A DNA stretch of 64,000 bases from a virus (Duplodnaviria > Caudoviricetes). Below, in pieces: positions 54,901 through 63,091 of the stretch. Each line of letters starts with the position of its first letter. Position 1 is the stretch's first letter. The stretch lies in IMG/VR virus record IMGVR_UViG_3300010356_002264; one strand, 5' to 3'. The notes beneath the pieces were generated by a model. The model made no database searches and was not told where the DNA came from. It saw only the letters and a program-made list of their open reading frames with translations. The position numbers were made by a program, and so were the translations under genes.

Positions 54901-55446
54901 CCCTGCGGGAGCGACGAGCGCCCGCCACACCTCCAGGAACACGAAGTCGGTCCGCTTGACCGTCTTCGGTGTGCCGTCGTAGATCGTGGGTGGATCGAGG
55001 GGGATGATGTTCCAGCCAGGGGTCTTGGTGTTCGTGTACTCGACGACGATCGGCATCCCGGCCACGAGCGCATCCAGCCGCCGGATGACGAGCCCGTTGC
55101 GCAGGACCCCCCCGGTGATGACCTTCCTCCCGCTGTCGTCGGACAAGCGCCACGGAGCGGGCCCCACAGCAAGGTCGAGCGCCGGGCTCACGCGCCGGGA
55201 GGCCCGGAGCCAGCCCGATGGGGCCTGGTGCGACAGCACGTCGGCCCAGCGCTCGTCGAGGTTCAGCTGCGCGAGGTTGAGGTCCCGGTCGAGGACGGGC
55301 TTTCCCGCCTGGAGGACAACGAGGTTGGTCGCGCGCGACCCGGTGTGCCACCCCGTCGTCGTCGAGGTACCCACGACGCGTACCTCCTTGGGGGTGGTCC
55401 CCAGGGCGAGGGCGTCGTAGTAGTCGGTGCGGTCGATCTTCGGCAT
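51907..55446 (-). CDS. large putative baseplate/tail protein, 1179 aa (paralog of 31981..38187)
   Basis: LQAGKPVLDRDLN, RTDFVFLEVW, RVQTQYRLR, GLWVAGDG, LGSVDG...LPVCLVFRRN, RPDGSFAD. Confidence 0.65.
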   Translation of the reverse strand: MPKIDRTDYYDALALGTTPKEVRVVGTSTTTGWHTGSRATNLVVLQAGKPVLDRDLNLAQLNLDERWADVLSHQAPSGWLRASRRVSPALDLAVGPAPWRLSDDSGRKVITGGVLRNGLVIRRLDALVAGMPIVVEYTNTKTPGWNIIPLDPPTIYDGTPKTVKRTDFVFLEVWRALVAPAGRATAFVVVIDVKALSDGDTIDVGGFVLTARSAAPAAPGEFQVGATPEATAINIEMAASDPLWPGSALVTARANASEVDFYASPGVAGNSIPITVVTAQPGALKVSGATFSGGYDQPARPSPTTVYRHGNVLSPGALALPDEILDLTSNQETCLRVQTQYRLRATGVDEAVSFRDHPDGFSSPSSGGPHPAVFAQGGRKQPVWTGNLIDKRSYPFVPADGRSSWLESSAARYGDQDDGLWVAGDGTAQAAADLGSVDGFVLALPVCLVFRRNDCSSAGAAALGFDPRNNANGAPTSDHGGYTTASGLVVPAGRSDRPDGSFADVLRPHDLLDVRHHTALAGNDFVADLAHQSQRLLRGELRTWAGDASGRAGAQTGEVGTSHLMAEEFGRTAAQGGAPPSSGDTGIGRCARNLDHVARTFSGRSTVERVCFALWPGDRPTATAQGGPAKPGREDPALYVVKSEKGGKPLAIDTWTEGDVLHVDLDRMDCSQLGSEFDGRGGDGTSAPAAKVLFPDLAPPGTVITDVVFGEHDDGLSSADTSREVEIRWVRGLGTRHVEVCLLRNDQAADSGYGGATLYRLVGRDDGGLPGSDRRIFLELEVSYPPAGGLAATPEGEAYPDNIVYDGKAAGLGPVIEADPAQRPADFERLARGRVTAPAREARVEYVANVTRTHKAGAGKPGTPVDEVVVSRNRYELVLPRRVFGGAGLVTVTDVVTGAVLPVDEVNTPYGSSERVVRLLNPFPSPGSRRCIVTYFPQDPIPNYGAAGYQVAIFYPAAAPQTAGVHDGANSMPPAVRVEVLAEASAWLLQAGAGSPESDRPFPRGDLLPLRDGRFLGDVTRDDALSAGSTVSVSGLQALAGALRLPTLLPVPCGAVLVLGGGDPGALPRRDAEGRAYYPAASQDDEAVRALASELSGPSCHRAAVPLLCRALEDVYTTSNGLLLRRSEVVLVVLSRYGVLDASSSVEVGPGGVPEHSSAALYRVEGRWMAWTGEREVLS

Positions 55447-56163
55447 CTAAGCGGCCTTCGCGCGAGCTTCCGCGCCCCTCGTGTAGGTTCGTACCCGGTG
55501 GCAGTTCGCGCACACGAGCTCGCACTTGGCGATCTCGGCGAGGACCTTGGAGCGACTCCAGGACCACATGTCGGTCACCTCGGAGTGCTTCTCTCCTCGC
55601 ACGTGGTCGAAGTCCATCGCGACTGATGGGTAGGTGCGCGTGCAGTCCATGCAGGGGTTTGATTTCAATACAAACAACCAATCACGAAACTCGATTAGCT
55701 TCTTTGTCTTAGGGGTGGACCGCCCCTCATGCGTCTTAATGCGATGACACACACAGCAGAGAAGGTCGCACTTCGCGATCTCCTCCAGAACAAGCTCGCG
55801 ACGATAGTTCGTCATACTACTTACTGTGTACTTCTTCACCCCGCGTACATGGTCGAACTCCATGACGTAGTGCGGATACAGGTTTACGCACCGCCCGCAG
55901 GACTTCCCCTCCTTCAAAGAGCGGAGGAACTCGACGAAGTCAGCCTGCTTCCGTCGGTAGTAGGTGAGCATCTTCTCGCGGTTCTCTGCGGTCCACGCCT
56001 GACGCGCAGGCTCATATCGCTCCTTGTTAGCGTGGTAGCGCTCGCGACTCCTGGCGTTGTGTGCCTTGGGGTCCGCGTAGTATTGCTCCATAGCACGCGC
56101 GATGGCTTGCTCTCTATGCTCGATGTAGTATTGAGCGTTATATGCTCGTTTTCTTTCTGACAT
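55447..56163 (-). mobile_element. free-standing homing endonuclease gene with two tandem HNH-like domains
   Basis: CGRC...MEFDHVRG.K...EIAKCDLLCCVCHR and CMDC...MDFDHVRG.K...EIAKCELVCANCHR; AT-rich; inserted in the structural operon. Confidence 0.88.
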
Positions 56164-56173
56164 AGTTGTTATG

Positions 56174-56773
56174 TTAAAAACTTATTCTCCACGTGATCTT
56201 GAGCCGGCCCCTCGCGGGTTTGTTAATTACACCGAATGTGAAGTAGTTAAATAGTAAATCCTTACCGCGAACATCCACGGTCGGATCATATTGAAGCGGT
56301 TTTTGACTAATTGGATTCGTCACCGCGGGGTTCGGAGAGGCCGGCAGGAGGAGCGCCATCTCGTTGAGGGGGGCGACCGCCTCGCCGTCCGCCAGGACGG
56401 TCACGAAGTCCACCACGTTGGTGTCGTAGGAGACGGCTCGTCCCGCCTGGTCCCGATTTTGGACGGCCGCGAACGTCTTGCGAAACACCTCGCGGTTCAG
56501 CCGACGCTGCTCGGGCTGGGGGCGGTCGGGGTTGTTGGGGTCCTCGCCGGTCGCGCCAGTCCCCACGGCGAGCATCGTGACCCCGTTGTTCTGCCCCGCC
56601 GTCGGCAGGCGCGAGTCGCGTACCAGCCGACACATCGCGATCGAGGCGTCGTACACGATCGTGTTGGGAATGAGGCGGGTGAGGACGAGCTCATCCTCCG
56701 CGTCGTATAGCTCCAGCAGGACGACGCCCTTGGCGTCCTGCGTGGTGCGCTGGTCATGCTGGAAGATGTGCAT
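56174..56773 (-). CDS. putative tail-collar/baseplate fibre-attachment protein
   Basis: NTIV, MLAVGTG, LNREVFRK, GEA...LNEMAL, LFNY.TF..INK, ITWRISF pattern. Confidence 0.7.
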   Translation of the reverse strand: MHIFQHDQRTTQDAKGVVLLELYDAEDELVLTRLIPNTIVYDASIAMCRLVRDSRLPTAGQNNGVTMLAVGTGATGEDPNNPDRPQPEQRRLNREVFRKTFAAVQNRDQAGRAVSYDTNVVDFVTVLADGEAVAPLNEMALLLPASPNPAVTNPISQKPLQYDPTVDVRGKDLLFNYFTFGVINKPARGRLKITWRISF

Positions 56774-56953
56774 GCGGGTCCTCTCGTATAATGGGCGCAG
56801 TCATGGAACAGGAACACAATACGCAGCGGGACTGGGAGGTCATCCACCAAGGTCCCCATCGTCTCCTGACGACGTCCTCCATGGAGTCTCACACCATCAC
56901 CTACCCTGCGCAGGTCGTGGGGCAGGCGATCGTCGTCGGGGGTAAACCACTCC

Positions 56954-57109
56954 ATGAGGATCCTCCTGTTCAACGTGTTCATCCTGTGGGTCGGGTGTAG
57001 CTGCGGCACCTCAGGGCGAAAGATCCCCTCCATCCAGGAGCCTAAGGCCCCGCCGGGGCCAGACGTCCCCTCGAGTGGTGGGTGCGAGCAGATCAAGCGC
57101 TGCGCGTAG
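56954..57109 (+). CDS. 51-aa putative lipoprotein missing from the ORF track (MRILLFNVFILWVGCSCG...)
   Basis: GGGTA 56940-56944, 9 nt before the ATG; hydrophobic signal and WVGC lipobox-like site; stop is followed directly by the next CAGCTC promoter. Confidence 0.55.
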   Translation: MRILLFNVFILWVGCSCGTSGRKIPSIQEPKAPPGPDVPSSGGCEQIKRCA

Positions 57110-57146
57110 TCAGCTCTGGACGGGCCCCCGCGTTCGATGTGGGATT

Positions 57147-57425
57147 ATGAGCGAGCCCACAAAACTATCAGACCAGGCTCAGAGCCTGGATGAGATCGAA
57201 CGGCGCATCCGCCTCGCGGCCTACAAGCTGGCCGATGACGCAGCCCGAGGCGGCTTAGCCTCCGATGGAGGCGCTAGGGAACTGCTGACCACCCTCAAGA
57301 TCTGGCAGCAGGGGCTGCGCGGAGAGATCCCAGAGTCGATCCGCGCCACCCTGACGAACCCGAACTATCCCACCTACTTCGAGGATGTGCAGACCCCGGA
57401 CTTACGCAAGCCGCCTCCGGGCTAG
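57147..57425 (+). CDS. small hypothetical protein
   Basis: CAGCTC-N18-CGAT (57111) exactly 36 nt upstream. Confidence 0.65.
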   Translation: MSEPTKLSDQAQSLDEIERRIRLAAYKLADDAARGGLASDGGARELLTTLKIWQQGLRGEIPESIRATLTNPNYPTYFEDVQTPDLRKPPPG

Positions 57426-60400
57426 GGGAGTAGCTCGATCGACACGAGCCAGGGGGCCGGCGCGAGCACGTAGGCGGGTCCCTGACCCCTGCGGTCGAGT
57501 GTGGGGGTTCCCGGATGCTTCCCTCCGCGCGGGCGGAACAGGCCCCCGACCAGCATCGCCCCGACGTTGGTGCCGTCCCGCGGGCGCGGGAACGTCTCCT
57601 CGTAGCCCTCAAGCTCGATGTTCGGCCCTCCACCCCCGTCGTCGCCCGGCCCGTCGCCTGTCGTTGGAGGTCCGTCATCTGGGTCGTCGCTCGCGACCCA
57701 GACGCGCTGACGAACACCCCCGTCCTCGATGCGGCGCTCCGCCTGTAGGAGCAGCGAGCGGTCCACGTCGAGGGGGTCGTAGCCCGCGGACTTTCCCGTC
57801 GAGTCAGGGTCCGCGTAGTCCCTGCGCGTGGGGCGGCTCATCCACAGGGGGTAGAAGGGCGGGGTGCCCTCCCCGTGCTCGTGCGGCGACCCCGCGACGG
57901 CCATCGACTCCAGCGTCTCGGGGTGGGTCATGCGCGCGGGCACTCCCTCCACCTCCACAACGCCCTCGTACACCACAGGTAGCTGGACCGCACCGTCGTC
58001 GCGCAGCTCGACCACGGGGGGTTCCCACCAGTGAGTCGTGCCTAGGGGGCGTGCGCGGAACAGGCGCGCGAGGCGAACGCCGGCCGCATCCATCGAGGCC
58101 ACGCCAGCGCGTGCGGGCACGCTGAACCTTGCGGGCAGCGCGTCTGAGAGGTGGTCGCCCGAGGAGGTCATCGCGCTGCGTCCGAGGACCGCAGCACGCT
58201 GCGGTCCCACCTCGCCGGGAACGTCACGAGCCGCAACGCGCACGCGCGCACCCAGGTGCTCGACCAGGCCGAGAGAGGCGGGTCCGACGCCTACGAGCAC
58301 TCCCTGAGCGGACCCGTTCGCACTCGGGGCCTCCTCGTACCCGGCGCGAACCACCACGCTCGCGTCGTCGATCCTGTCAGATAGCCACCCGGAGGGGAGT
58401 GGGGTGCCTGGGGCCTGTACCACCGCTCCCCAGGCTGGGTCGAGCAGGACGCGAAGGTTCGTTGACACCCGCGGGTCTACGTCCTTGAGGGGCAGCCGCC
58501 AGGACGCGAGGGCACCAGGGTTAGCGGGGTCGAGCAGCAACCCCACCGTGCGACGAGCCCCGGCGGGTGGGGGCAGGAAGACCGCAACGCGGTACAAGCG
58601 GGCTCCCGAGGTCGCGGCCACAGTGGCCCCCGGCGAGGCGCGGACGGATCCCGCCAAGTCGACAGGCGAGAGGGGGATAGGGGGGGCCCCCTCGACGAAC
58701 ACGATGCCTCCCACGAAGGAGATACCCACCTCGACGCGCACGGGACCCGCGAGGATGGGGACGCTCGTGCGGAAGGCCGCACCCGCGCGGACCTCCGCGA
58801 CCCCGCGCCGCAGGTGCACCTCGACTCCGTGGTCGGCGTCGCCGAGCACGAGGCGTACGTCCGATCCCCCCGGGTCCACCCGCGCCGACATGCGCAGCAG
58901 GAACGCGGTGGGCAGGTCGATGTCGGAGGACGGGCTTCCGTCCGCGCGCAGCGCGACGGGAGAGGACACCCATCTCCCCCCGGTCGTCATCCACCCGGAC
59001 AGCGCAGGATCGGTACCAGACGACAACCCAGCTCCGTCCGGCAACCAGACGCGCTCGACGCCTCCGTCCATGACGGTGACGAGGGAGGCGAGGACAACCC
59101 GACGATCCCCGTCGCACACGTCGACCCACAGGTCGCCAGTTCCCGTCTCCTCTCTTACGGCCGCGGTCGAGACCACCTGCACCATCGCGCCCCGCTCCAT
59201 GAGCGGGGTTAAGAGGGCCGCGCCGGCCGGATGAGCTCCTCCGTCCCCTCGCAGGGTGACAAGACCCACGGAGGGCGTCACCTCTGCGGGAGGTACTTCG
59301 ACCCAGTCGGCCGATGGAAAGGCAACCGGTAAGGGGGAGTCGACGACGAGAGCACGGTCGGGAAGGCGCGCGCCGTACGCCTCTCCCACGACAGCCTGCC
59401 AGGTGGACCGACCCACGATAGACCCGAACATCCCAGCGCCCTGCGTCAGAGGGTCCGCGACGCCCCGAAGGAGGAGGGGCGCGCGGAGCGGAGGTCTCGC
59501 GCCTCCGCTGGCTTGGACGAGCGCGGCCTCCGCGGAGGCTGCGGAGGCCGACACCTCCGCTCCGCGCACGTCGACCCGGAGGATCCAGGTCGAGGACGTC
59601 ACGCCGAGGTCCAGGGTTCCTCGAAGGCTGCGTCCTCCCTCCTCGTCCGGGTCTACCGGCAGGGGATCGACGAGGTCCAGCAGCACCTGAGACAGGTCGT
59701 TCCGGTGCACGCGTGCGATCACGAGAGCTCCCGCCTGAGGCCCGGAGGCAATCCGTAGGCGGTCTCCCGGTCGAAGCGCCCTGGTGAGTCCTGTCTGGCT
59801 GACGACACGCAGCGTCGTGGGGGTCTCCGCCCGCAGGTCAAGGGCCGGAAAGAGCCCCCACGCGGACGCGTCGGTCCATTCCCCGTTGCCCGTGAGGAGG
59901 CCCAGGTGACGAAACCCCTCGACGTCAACGACGGCCGCAAGGGCCATCGTCCCTCCGTCATGCACGCCGATGGCCGCGCGGGGGGAGAAGGCGGGGGAGT
60001 CGGGAGGGTCTACGACGACGCGCCCCGTGAGGAAGCTGCGCCCCGCGTCGCGCGCAGGAATTGGCGTGGTGGCGAACACCGCGTCAGGGTCAGCCATCAC
60101 CACCACACCATCCTGGGTGGGTCTGGCGTCTCCAGACCCACGCACGTCCCAGAGAGAGGCGAACGCCGCGGGGTCGAGCGAGACGCGCACCCGGACGAAG
60201 CGCCCTGACAGGGGAGTGGGTGGAGAGTAGCCGAGGCGGCGACCTACTCGCATCCCGATGGGGTCTCCGAGGAGGCTTGCACGAGAGCGGTCCTGCGCGA
60301 GGTACCGATGGGCGACCCGCAGGGGCTGCGGGTTTGGAACCGGACCTCCCACCACGAGCGTCATGCGCCCGCGCGACCCGGGGGGTCCCACGGGCATCCC

Positions 60401-60664
60401 GACCTGCCCGAGGCGTGCACCGGGGAGACCGACGCGCATCGGGAGGACCGCGTGGGGAACCGAGATGGCCTCGATCTCCACCAGCGTGCCCGGCGGGACG
60501 GGGGTCTTGGGGCGCACCGCTCCGAGGTAGGGGTCAAGGTCCTCGACCTCGGCGACCTTCCCCGCGACCCGAAGCACCACGTCAGCGATCGTCGCGGGAA
60601 GGTGGGGACCTAGCCGCGAGACCCAGGGACCACCACCGAACACGAGGGGGAATCGCTTGGACAT
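57422..60664 (-). CDS. large putative virion structural protein, 1080 aa
   Basis: Long beta-rich ORF co-oriented with the structural genes; CGGTAGGAT element upstream of the ATG. Confidence 0.55.
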   Translation of the reverse strand: MSKRFPLVFGGGPWVSRLGPHLPATIADVVLRVAGKVAEVEDLDPYLGAVRPKTPVPPGTLVEIEAISVPHAVLPMRVGLPGARLGQVGMPVGPPGSRGRMTLVVGGPVPNPQPLRVAHRYLAQDRSRASLLGDPIGMRVGRRLGYSPPTPLSGRFVRVRVSLDPAAFASLWDVRGSGDARPTQDGVVVMADPDAVFATTPIPARDAGRSFLTGRVVVDPPDSPAFSPRAAIGVHDGGTMALAAVVDVEGFRHLGLLTGNGEWTDASAWGLFPALDLRAETPTTLRVVSQTGLTRALRPGDRLRIASGPQAGALVIARVHRNDLSQVLLDLVDPLPVDPDEEGGRSLRGTLDLGVTSSTWILRVDVRGAEVSASAASAEAALVQASGGARPPLRAPLLLRGVADPLTQGAGMFGSIVGRSTWQAVVGEAYGARLPDRALVVDSPLPVAFPSADWVEVPPAEVTPSVGLVTLRGDGGAHPAGAALLTPLMERGAMVQVVSTAAVREETGTGDLWVDVCDGDRRVVLASLVTVMDGGVERVWLPDGAGLSSGTDPALSGWMTTGGRWVSSPVALRADGSPSSDIDLPTAFLLRMSARVDPGGSDVRLVLGDADHGVEVHLRRGVAEVRAGAAFRTSVPILAGPVRVEVGISFVGGIVFVEGAPPIPLSPVDLAGSVRASPGATVAATSGARLYRVAVFLPPPAGARRTVGLLLDPANPGALASWRLPLKDVDPRVSTNLRVLLDPAWGAVVQAPGTPLPSGWLSDRIDDASVVVRAGYEEAPSANGSAQGVLVGVGPASLGLVEHLGARVRVAARDVPGEVGPQRAAVLGRSAMTSSGDHLSDALPARFSVPARAGVASMDAAGVRLARLFRARPLGTTHWWEPPVVELRDDGAVQLPVVYEGVVEVEGVPARMTHPETLESMAVAGSPHEHGEGTPPFYPLWMSRPTRRDYADPDSTGKSAGYDPLDVDRSLLLQAERRIEDGGVRQRVWVASDDPDDGPPTTGDGPGDDGGGGPNIELEGYEETFPRPRDGTNVGAMLVGGLFRPRGGKHPGTPTLDRRGQGPAYVLAPAPWLVSIELLP

Positions 60665-60696
60665 GCCCCCATCCTACCGCGGGGGTGACGGGCTCC

Positions 60697-61002
60697 CTAC
60701 CAGTGGAAGCGGAAGCTGTGCGTTGGCCCGCGCTTCTCCACGATGATCTTGTCGGCCTCCAGGCGGGCAATCGTGTCGGCGTGGAGCTCGCCGTAACGGT
60801 CCTCTGACGTGTGCCGGCTCTGCTCGGCGTAAGGCTTACAGAACACCAGGACGTCGTTGTACTGCTGCGTCACCAGGCGCTCGTGCGCGGTATTGCGGGC
60901 CTGCTCGGCGCGCTCGGTGATGTCGCGCAGGCCCTGCGCGGTGAGGGGTTCGGCGGACGGGGTGGATGTTGACTTGCGGGTGCGCGGCTTAGCCTTGGTC
61001 AT
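60697..61002 (-). CDS. small hypothetical protein
   Basis: SD AAGAGGA before ATG 61002. Confidence 0.65.
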   Translation of the reverse strand: MTKAKPRTRKSTSTPSAEPLTAQGLRDITERAEQARNTAHERLVTQQYNDVLVFCKPYAEQSRHTSEDRYGELHADTIARLEADKIIVEKRGPTHSFRFHW

Positions 61003-61028
61003 GGCAGTCCTCTTGGTCGGATGGACGG

Positions 61029-61268
61029 GGCGCGGAGGAACCCAGAAGCTGGGTCCTGACTTCCTCCGCGCCTTCGTGATCCTTTGGATCTTCTGGGCGG
61101 CCGTTATCGCCCACGGGTCGTAGGTCCCTAGCGACCACATCTCCCGCACGAGGGAGTCAGCGCGAGACCTCTTGACGGAGCTGACGATCTGGGGGGAGGA
61201 TGCCGCCCATGCGCGATACAGTGTTCTCGTGGGCGGACGGGGCGCACATCTCGCAGGAGATCGCCCCG
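61029..61268. ncRNA. hairpin-dense intergenic element (candidate structured RNA/leader or DNA element)
   Basis: Eight back-to-back inverted repeats, including a perfect 12-bp stem 61029-61040/61061-61072. Confidence 0.45.
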
Positions 61269-61314
61269 ACCTTCTAGTCAGCTCGGCTCCTCCGGGCCGC
61301 CTCGGTTCTCCCCC

Positions 61315-61614
61315 ATGGCCACGACACGAGAAGACATCAAGCGGTGGGTCGCCACGGGGGTTGAGAACGGGTCGACCCACGTGATCGTGCTGTGCGACAG
61401 CTTCAGCTACGAGGACTTCCCCGTCTACGTGCAGCCCGGTGAGGACGTGCGCGAGGTGGAGCGGGCGCACCTGCGGAACCCCATGACGCGCACAATGGAG
61501 GTCATCGACCTGCGGCCCCTCGCGGGGACCTGCAAGGCCCTGCCCGCGCCCCAGGCTCCCGAGCAACCCGATCAGTTTCCCGTGGACCTCGGGTCGGTGG
61601 TCGACGAGCTGTAG
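61315..61614 (+). CDS. small phage protein
   Basis: THVIVLCDSFSYEDFPVYV; CAGCTC (61279) exactly 36 nt upstream. Confidence 0.75.
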   Translation: MATTREDIKRWVATGVENGSTHVIVLCDSFSYEDFPVYVQPGEDVREVERAHLRNPMTRTMEVIDLRPLAGTCKALPAPQAPEQPDQFPVDLGSVVDEL

Positions 61615-61746
61615 CGCCCGACCAGGGTGGGGCTGTTTGAACGAAGTCCCCCCACAGGACGGCCGGCTGCTCGGGTGCTACGACGAGGCCGAGGTTGTTG
61701 TCGCGCATGCCCCTACGTCGAAGAGACGGGCGGGGCGGATCTGTTC

Positions 61747-62583
61747 CTACTTGGCGAAGTACTTGGCCCAGTTCTCCTCGGGCGTCAGCTTGGGGTCGTA
61801 TAGGCCACAGTCGTCCGCGTGACTCACGTCGTCCGTGCGCTCCTGTATGTTGTAGTGGTATCCCGCAAGGTAGGGCAGGGCCTCGCCACCGAGATCCCGC
61901 ACCGTGGGGATCGCGCACGCATCATAGGGCGCGGTGACGGGCCGGTCCCGATAGTCCAGCCACACGTTCTCCCGACGGGTCGACATCGCCTTGCCGGTCA
62001 CCACGTCGCGCGTGGACCCGAACGCCCGCTCCCCCCGCGCGAGGATCACCTCGTCGAAGACGGGATCGACCTTGAATCCGTAGACCTTCTCGATCTGGTG
62101 GTGGAGCGTCACCATATGTACGTCCACGCAGCAGTTCCGAGACATGAGCACCGGGTCGAGCAGCTCGTTTTCCAGGTCGTCGAGCACGCGATCGTCCAGG
62201 TAGTGGTCTCCCCACTGGGATTCGAGGGTGGACATCGCGAGGGGGCGTGCCCCCACCCAACGTACACCCCGGACCAGCCTGACCATGTTGTCCTCGGACA
62301 TCGCCCACTGAAGGGCGGCCTCCTTGACCGTGATGAGCTTGTGTAGCTGGAGGACGGACCTCCAGGCCCAGCGTAGGTGCCGTCCGTCCTTGTCCCGCAG
62401 GGGGTAGCGAGCGTTTTTGTCCTGGCTCCAGGTACGTTCGACCAAGTGGATGGAGGCCGCGTTGACCTCGATCCCATGGAGCTCGAACATCGTCTCGGCG
62501 GTCGCGTAGGGGTCGACGACTCGCTTGAAGCGGTCGCGCAGGTCCGCGAAGGCGGCCCACTCGGGAGGCGTCTCGATTGTCAT
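61747..62583 (-). CDS. hypothetical protein
   Basis: 278 aa; ATGA-coupled to the upstream gene. Confidence 0.7.
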   Translation of the reverse strand: MTIETPPEWAAFADLRDRFKRVVDPYATAETMFELHGIEVNAASIHLVERTWSQDKNARYPLRDKDGRHLRWAWRSVLQLHKLITVKEAALQWAMSEDNMVRLVRGVRWVGARPLAMSTLESQWGDHYLDDRVLDDLENELLDPVLMSRNCCVDVHMVTLHHQIEKVYGFKVDPVFDEVILARGERAFGSTRDVVTGKAMSTRRENVWLDYRDRPVTAPYDACAIPTVRDLGGEALPYLAGYHYNIQERTDDVSHADDCGLYDPKLTPEENWAKYFAK

Positions 62584-63089
62584 GCTGGGAACGCCTTGTC
62601 AGCGAGCTCCTGCCGCATCTGGGGAATGAACAGCTCATACTCGGCCCAGGCCGTCAGGTCGGGGAACCGTGACTCATTCCCGTCGTCAAGCACGTCGAGC
62701 AGCATGGGCAAGAGCTGGTTGTTGTAACGGTTCACGACCTGCATTAGCTCGCCGCGAAACGAGTGGTAGCGCGTGAGGAACGGCCCCACCTCGACGCCTC
62801 TTCGCCGGAGCTCTTCGGTTAGGTTCGGAGCGAGTGCGTCGGTCAGCAGGTCCATCCCCTGGGCCTGCGACCACTCGCCGAGCGTCCGCGTCCCTTGGTT
62901 CTCCATGCGAAACCCGAAGTGCGGCACGTCCTCGGGGATACCGCTCGCGGGGTCACACAGGCGAGCCCGCAGCAGGTCGGGGACTGAGTAGCTCGCGTTG
63001 GTGTTCGACAGCAGCCAGCGCCACTTGCGTGGGCTGTCGATGATTCCGAAACCTGAGTTGCAGTCGAAGTGGAACGTCCTGAACGGCAT
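62580..63089 (-). CDS. hypothetical protein
   Basis: 169 aa; tightly packed in an operon. Confidence 0.7.
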   Translation of the reverse strand: MPFRTFHFDCNSGFGIIDSPRKWRWLLSNTNASYSVPDLLRARLCDPASGIPEDVPHFGFRMENQGTRTLGEWSQAQGMDLLTDALAPNLTEELRRRGVEVGPFLTRYHSFRGELMQVVNRYNNQLLPMLLDVLDDGNESRFPDLTAWAEYELFIPQMRQELADKAFPA

Positions 63090-63091
63090 GG

